64,000 nucleotides of DNA, from positions 3,162,001 to 3,226,000 of the forward strand of contig CP089278.1 of assembly GCA_023920165.1 (NCBI GenBank), in the 5' to 3' direction. This DNA comes from Curvularia clavata. Lineage: Eukaryota. The notes beneath the pieces are model-generated. The model saw nothing but the letters and a program-made list of their open reading frames with translations. It was not told where the DNA came from and searched no databases. Within the stretch, counting starts at the first letter, position 1. The number at the start of each line of letters is the position of its first letter. Shown in pieces: positions 59,244 through 64,000 of the stretch. The translations under genes and the position numbers were made by a program.

Positions 59244-61095
59244 CTAGATCGCAACGTCCAGCACTGCCGAGATGCCTCGATTAAGACTCTCCACTGCCCC
59301 ATTCAGTGCTGCCTCAAATTCGGAGGGGTTGACTACGCGGGCACCGAATATTTCTCCGTTGCTTGCAGCCTTCGCTATGCCTGCATAATCTGGGCTTGGG
59401 GCGAACGAGATATTCAGCTCCCCCTTGGTGGCTTTCGATGCAGGGCCATCAGGATGTACCAGTAGCATAGATCTCCGTGGCGCGTTCCAACCAAGATTGT
59501 TGAGAACAATGGTCAGTACGGGGATTCCGTAGCGGACAGAGATCCAATAAACACTTGAAGGAACACTGAACATGTATGATCCATCGCCCACGATCTGTAC
59601 TACAAATCTCTTCCGTTTCCCTAGGACTAAAGCATCGGCTGCGTCTGCTGCAAGCTTGATGCCTAAAGCGCCGCCACCGCTCCATCCAAGTCCGCCACCT
59701 CCGCAGTGAATCCATTGTCCTGGAAGCGTGGCTCGGATCTGATCAGCAACCGCGATAGTATTTGTGATCGCCTCTACCGCGAATATGGTGTCTTGAGGCA
59801 GTTTTTTCCGCAAGGTGGAACAAACGTAATCAGTTGTGAGATTCCCCTGGTCTGAGAGCTTAGCTCGATTATCAAGGATGCGAATGCGTTCTTTGTGTGA
59901 CTGCAGGAGAGCCTCGGCCCGGCGGTCGAAGTCAACAGTTGTCAGCTCCTTGGCCAAAGGACCACGCAGGTACTCCGTAATCTGCTCAAGAGCGACTTGT
60001 GTATCCACACGATAACGCTGCTGGGCATCGATATAGAACAGTAGCATAGATTCCTTCAATGGATCAACATCGAGATGAAAAACCTTTGCTGCGCTCTTGG
60101 GTTTGCAAAGCTTATTGATCCATGGTACATCGCAGTCGAGTATAAGAAAGACATCGGCATTCTCGATCGCAGGGTCCACGCCATATTTCATTCCAAGCCA
60201 ACCAGGGTGGTCGGCTGGAAAGCACATGTCAGAGCAACCGGTATCAAGCACGCGAAGCCCCCGTAAAGTATCAGCCAGTGACACAAGGGATTGCACCGCG
60301 GTATGATTACGCCCGGTGAAGCCGACAATGACAAGAGGATCAGACGCTCTGATCAAAGCCTCGGCGATCTCACGGACAGCCTCCTGTGGCAAAGCTGCGG
60401 GAGCAATCGGCTTCCAAAATGCAGAGTTGATAGTATAGGGTTCAATGGTCTCTTCCATGACCTCACGAGCGCCCATAAGATAAGATGGCCCTTGAGGGTG
60501 ACTGGTGGCAAGCTGAAGAGCACGGCGAACCATCTGCTTGACGTTTTTTCCTGTTTTGATCTATCCGACGTACCGACAGTATTGGGATACAATTTGCTTC
60601 TGATCGGGCACATCCTGGATCCAGTGGCTTAGAGCCATTAGCCAATTGCTAGAGTCTCGAAGTGGGAGAACTCACATGAACTCAGTCCTCGAGCCAAGAG
60701 CTTCTCCTTCAATAGTGTAGGGTGAGAGCCCTGCGAAGATAAGAACAGGGGCCCGGCCCATAGCGGCGTTGTGAATAGCGGCCGCAAGCGCTAATGTCCC
60801 GACATCCACATGGACGATAACACACTGGGCCTCGCCACTCATCCTGGCATACCCATCAGCCATGGATAGGGCCACCATCTCGTTCGGACATGTGATGATC
60901 TTCGGGAACAAATCAGGCAGTTCCCTCTGGCCTTTAACCATCGCCTCAAGAATACTAGGGTGGTCAGAACCCAGGTTGACAAAGCAGTTCTTGACCCCCG
61001 CTTCGATCAGAGCCTCGAAGAATGCAAAGGATGTTGTATACCTGAAACCTTTTTGTTAGAGGTCAGCATGGTGGCCTGGACGGTGATACTGACAT
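59244..61095 (-). pseudogene. Thiamine-diphosphate-dependent enzyme (acetolactate-synthase/2-oxo-acid decarboxylase family) with an in-frame premature TAG
   Basis: MYTTSFAFFEAL...FVNLGSDHP...CPNEMVALSMADGYAR; HWIQDVPDQKQIVSQYCRYVG*IKTGKNVKQMVRRALQ with TAG at 60561-60563; ThDP-binding motif GDGSY...LNN. Confidence 0.88.
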
Positions 61096-61659
61096 GGTGG
61101 GCCCGACAATAGAAATGTGTCTATGTGTAGAAAACTCCCTTGTAAAGGAATTAACTCGAGATACTAATCACAATTTGAGTGTTCAATCTCAACTCGGGAA
61201 CGACCCTGTGGACCCTTTATAGATGTTAGGATAGCTTACATGATACATCCGAGGTGGAACGGCACGTCACACGGATGATTTCCAGGTGGGGGCTTCGTTC
61301 GGCAACTCTTGTCGGGAGCTCTTATCGGGAACTCGCCCAGTAATTTTGCTGTAGAAAGACTAGGGTATTGCTGTTCGCCGTGAAATCACCCATAAGCAGG
61401 AAAAGGACAACGGGCAGGCTTAATCTTTCATCATTTGGGTAAAAACAACAGCGGAAGACTTTTCATGATTCAAAAGCTACATTCACAACTTTGTAACTAT
61501 GTACATGCCAGACTGATACAGGGTGCTAGTAACAAACTCATGGCCTGGCATTCAAAGAAATTTGTGTCGTGAGATAGAGTTATATAAATTAAAACTATCC
61601 TTCCAGAATCAAAATATGAACATCATTGTCGAGGAATGAGACTGTAGCACCCTGCCGAA

Positions 61660-63590
61660 CTATAACGCAAGAAGATCTTCTAGATGTGGTCCACGGTAAT
61701 GTTTCCTTGCATGCACGAACCAGTTTACTATCATAAATATGCTCATCCCTCCAATGACGACTGGCGAGTAATCTACAGCTGTCAGAAATGTCAAATTCAT
61801 GGACGGGCCAGCATTGGTCAACTCACTCATGTTCGAAGCGGTCACTGGCCTGACTGGTGGGAAGCAATAAAAGATGAGACATAGAACAGCAAACGCAACG
61901 GTGAACAGGTTTGCAACCCAGCCGAAAGCACTTGGTAATCCGAATGTACGGGTATGCGGTAGAAAACGTTTTGGTCGACCCCTTAACAACAATAGCGCTG
62001 CAGGAAAGGCAAATGTGATAAGCTGAAGGATCAGGCCTGTGCCGATAAATGCGCTAAATGCTGTTGAGGATCCGAGGTAGATACATCCGATAATAAATAT
62101 TACAAATCCATTTGCGCAGAGAGCCCATACGGGAGTCTGCCATCGCACGTTTATGCGCGAGAGCTTCGAGGAGGCAACTAGGCCAGAGTCCAGGGCGAAT
62201 GACCAAGTCAGACGCGAGGCGGTCTGCTGACAGCCTGCGGTAGCCAAAAGTCCAGCTACCAATGTGAAGACCAAGAGAGCGGTTGCTGCAGCCTCAGAGT
62301 TCATTGCTTGGCGCCAAAGTTCGAAAATAGGGAAGCTGCTCAAAAGTCAGCACAATTCTGTTTGTTCAGTTGGGTTGATGTAACGCATTACCCAGTCTTC
62401 GTTGTCGCAACCGCGTTAAAGTCTTGGACAGAATACATGCAAGCAACCGCTGCTATGAACGATGTAACAAATCCAATAGCCCAGGTCGACAAAAGAGCTT
62501 TGGTAACAGCTTCTCGAGCGTTGAGGGCTTCCTCTGCTAGGTGGATTGCTCCATCTATGCCCGCATACATATAACCAGGGGTAAGAAGCCCGATCAAAAA
62601 TACAATTCCTTTATTGTTCCAGCCGCTCAGATCGACGAATGTAACCCAGACGGCTTTGCTCGACTGGAAATGGGGGGCTCGCGCTAGACTAGTGGTTGTG
62701 GCAGCTATAAAGGCGACGAGCGATAACGCAACTGTAACGCGCGTAGAGTTAGTGTCATGGTCAACTCATCCACTATATCCAAAATACTTGCAGATAAGTT
62801 CGAATAGCCACATTGTCCGTCGAATGGTGAAAACGTTGTGCAGCAGGCACAATATGCTTACTACCTGGTAGATTATAAACACGTGCCACCGTTGGAGCTC
62901 GTAAGAGGGGTTGTAGTTGATGACTAGAGCTAGTAGTGCTTGTGGGACGATAATGGCCACGCCGGAAGAGAGCGCTGCCCAGGCAAATATGTTGATCATA
63001 CCGCATGTGTAGCTCTACAGTAGACCATTTCAGTGTCCGAATCAAAACCCAGAATATTGTCAGAGTTTGCTTACTGTGAGACGGGCGCACCACTTCGGGG
63101 CCACGACCGCTGTCCAATGGTATCTGCAGCATGTCGTTTCAGTGCTGTATCTGACCCAAAGACCCGAGAAGACAACTTACTGTCCGCCTGCTGAAGGATA
63201 AACACGGCACAACTCTGCCAACGTGTATACAACGCAGCCATACATGATAAAGATGAACCAGAGTCCATAGAGAAGACCTGGTGAGCCGCCATTTGAAAGG
63301 CTGAATGCGAGTGTTGCCATAACGCCCACCCAACTGTTGCAAATGCTCCAGCCCACAGATACGATATCGAGGGTGCTGATATCACGCGAGGCTTCAGAGA
63401 CATAGCCTTCCTGAAACGACTCTACTTTCGTCCGTCTGCCTGTCGCGATATTGCGATTAGCGATCGACTACTGTCCATTTGCACTAGGTTACGTACCGGA
63501 GATGGATTTAGACTGCGTCAGTCCATCTAATGCCTTGTCCTCAATGACAGACATCTGTGCTCTTTCATAGTCGTTCTCACCGTTGGTCAT
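61660..63590 (-). CDS. APC-family amino acid/choline/GABA permease (multi-exon)
   Basis: GWSICNSWVG...GGSPGLLYG...LAELCRVYPSAGGQYHW, YAGIDGAIHLAEE, TASRLTWSFALD, CIYLGSSTAF, PVTASNMNY; start codon approximate. Confidence 0.9.
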
Positions 63591-64000
63591 ATTGAATGAT
63601 CCGAACAACTCTGGAAACTGTCGATTTGCAGTGAATAGGCACCAGGATCGCCTTTGACTGAGGGAAAATCCATAGAAGCCGTCAGCATGTGGACAGAGTT
63701 GTATAAGAGCATACCGTATCACTATCAACTAGGCCCCTCAGCTGTGACTTATCGCACCATCACCATCAGCATGCCGTCCTATCCTATCGGATCCACTCGG
63801 TGCGACTATCACTGCTCCGCATTTTGTGGATCTGGGGAAATATGGGGACGACAACAGGTGATGGTGCACGGGCCCCGGAACCAATTACCGCATTTGGATT
63901 TCGCAGTGGACTGGTGGCGCTACCGATTCATGGATCTCAAGTCATGAGATGGTCTGTGCCTAATGCGGCTCGCATTACCCTCTTGGTCGCATGGGCAATG

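Noticed and set aside
7631..60563. Three genes each carry one in-frame TAG (7631, 34310, 60561), suggesting amber recoding or readthrough
   Set aside because: TAG is the normal terminator of many genes in this window, and the three sites appear to replace different residues (W/Q, L, E); independent nonsense mutations are the simpler explanation.
53..63947. Numerous short ORFs antisense to or overlapping the called genes and transposases
   Set aside because: Shadow ORFs of real coding regions without independent motifs or splice support, unlike the 46189-47254 gene.

Overview
Fungal genomic DNA with short GT-AG introns and RIP-type C->T damage in repeats; gene content and transposon types suggest a Dothideomycete/Pleosporales fungus (inference). 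About 1-17 kb is ordinary gene space: an MFS hexose transporter, a PI-PLC-like enzyme, an SDR, a Sac-domain phosphoinositide phosphatase and two hypothetical proteins. From about 17 kb on it is an accessory, transposon-rich compartment. Its genes are a large sacsin/NO VEIN-like GHKL-ATPase plus nuclease gene, an SDR-SDR-Zn2Cys6 mini-cluster in decay, a PNP_UDP-NACHT-ankyrin NLR, and a Zn2Cys6 TF / ThDP enzyme / amino-acid permease group. Its mobile elements are two intact and several RIP-inactivated Fot1/pogo-type DNA transposons, a DD34E Tc1-like element with an apparent 5-bp non-TA target duplication, two nested solo LTRs and a full-length 7.6-kb Ty3/Gypsy chromovirus. The most unusual item is an antisense, three-intron gene inside the Gypsy element (46189-47254) encoding a Zn-cluster-like plus charged helical protein. 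All calls come from reading the sequence; no database searches were run.
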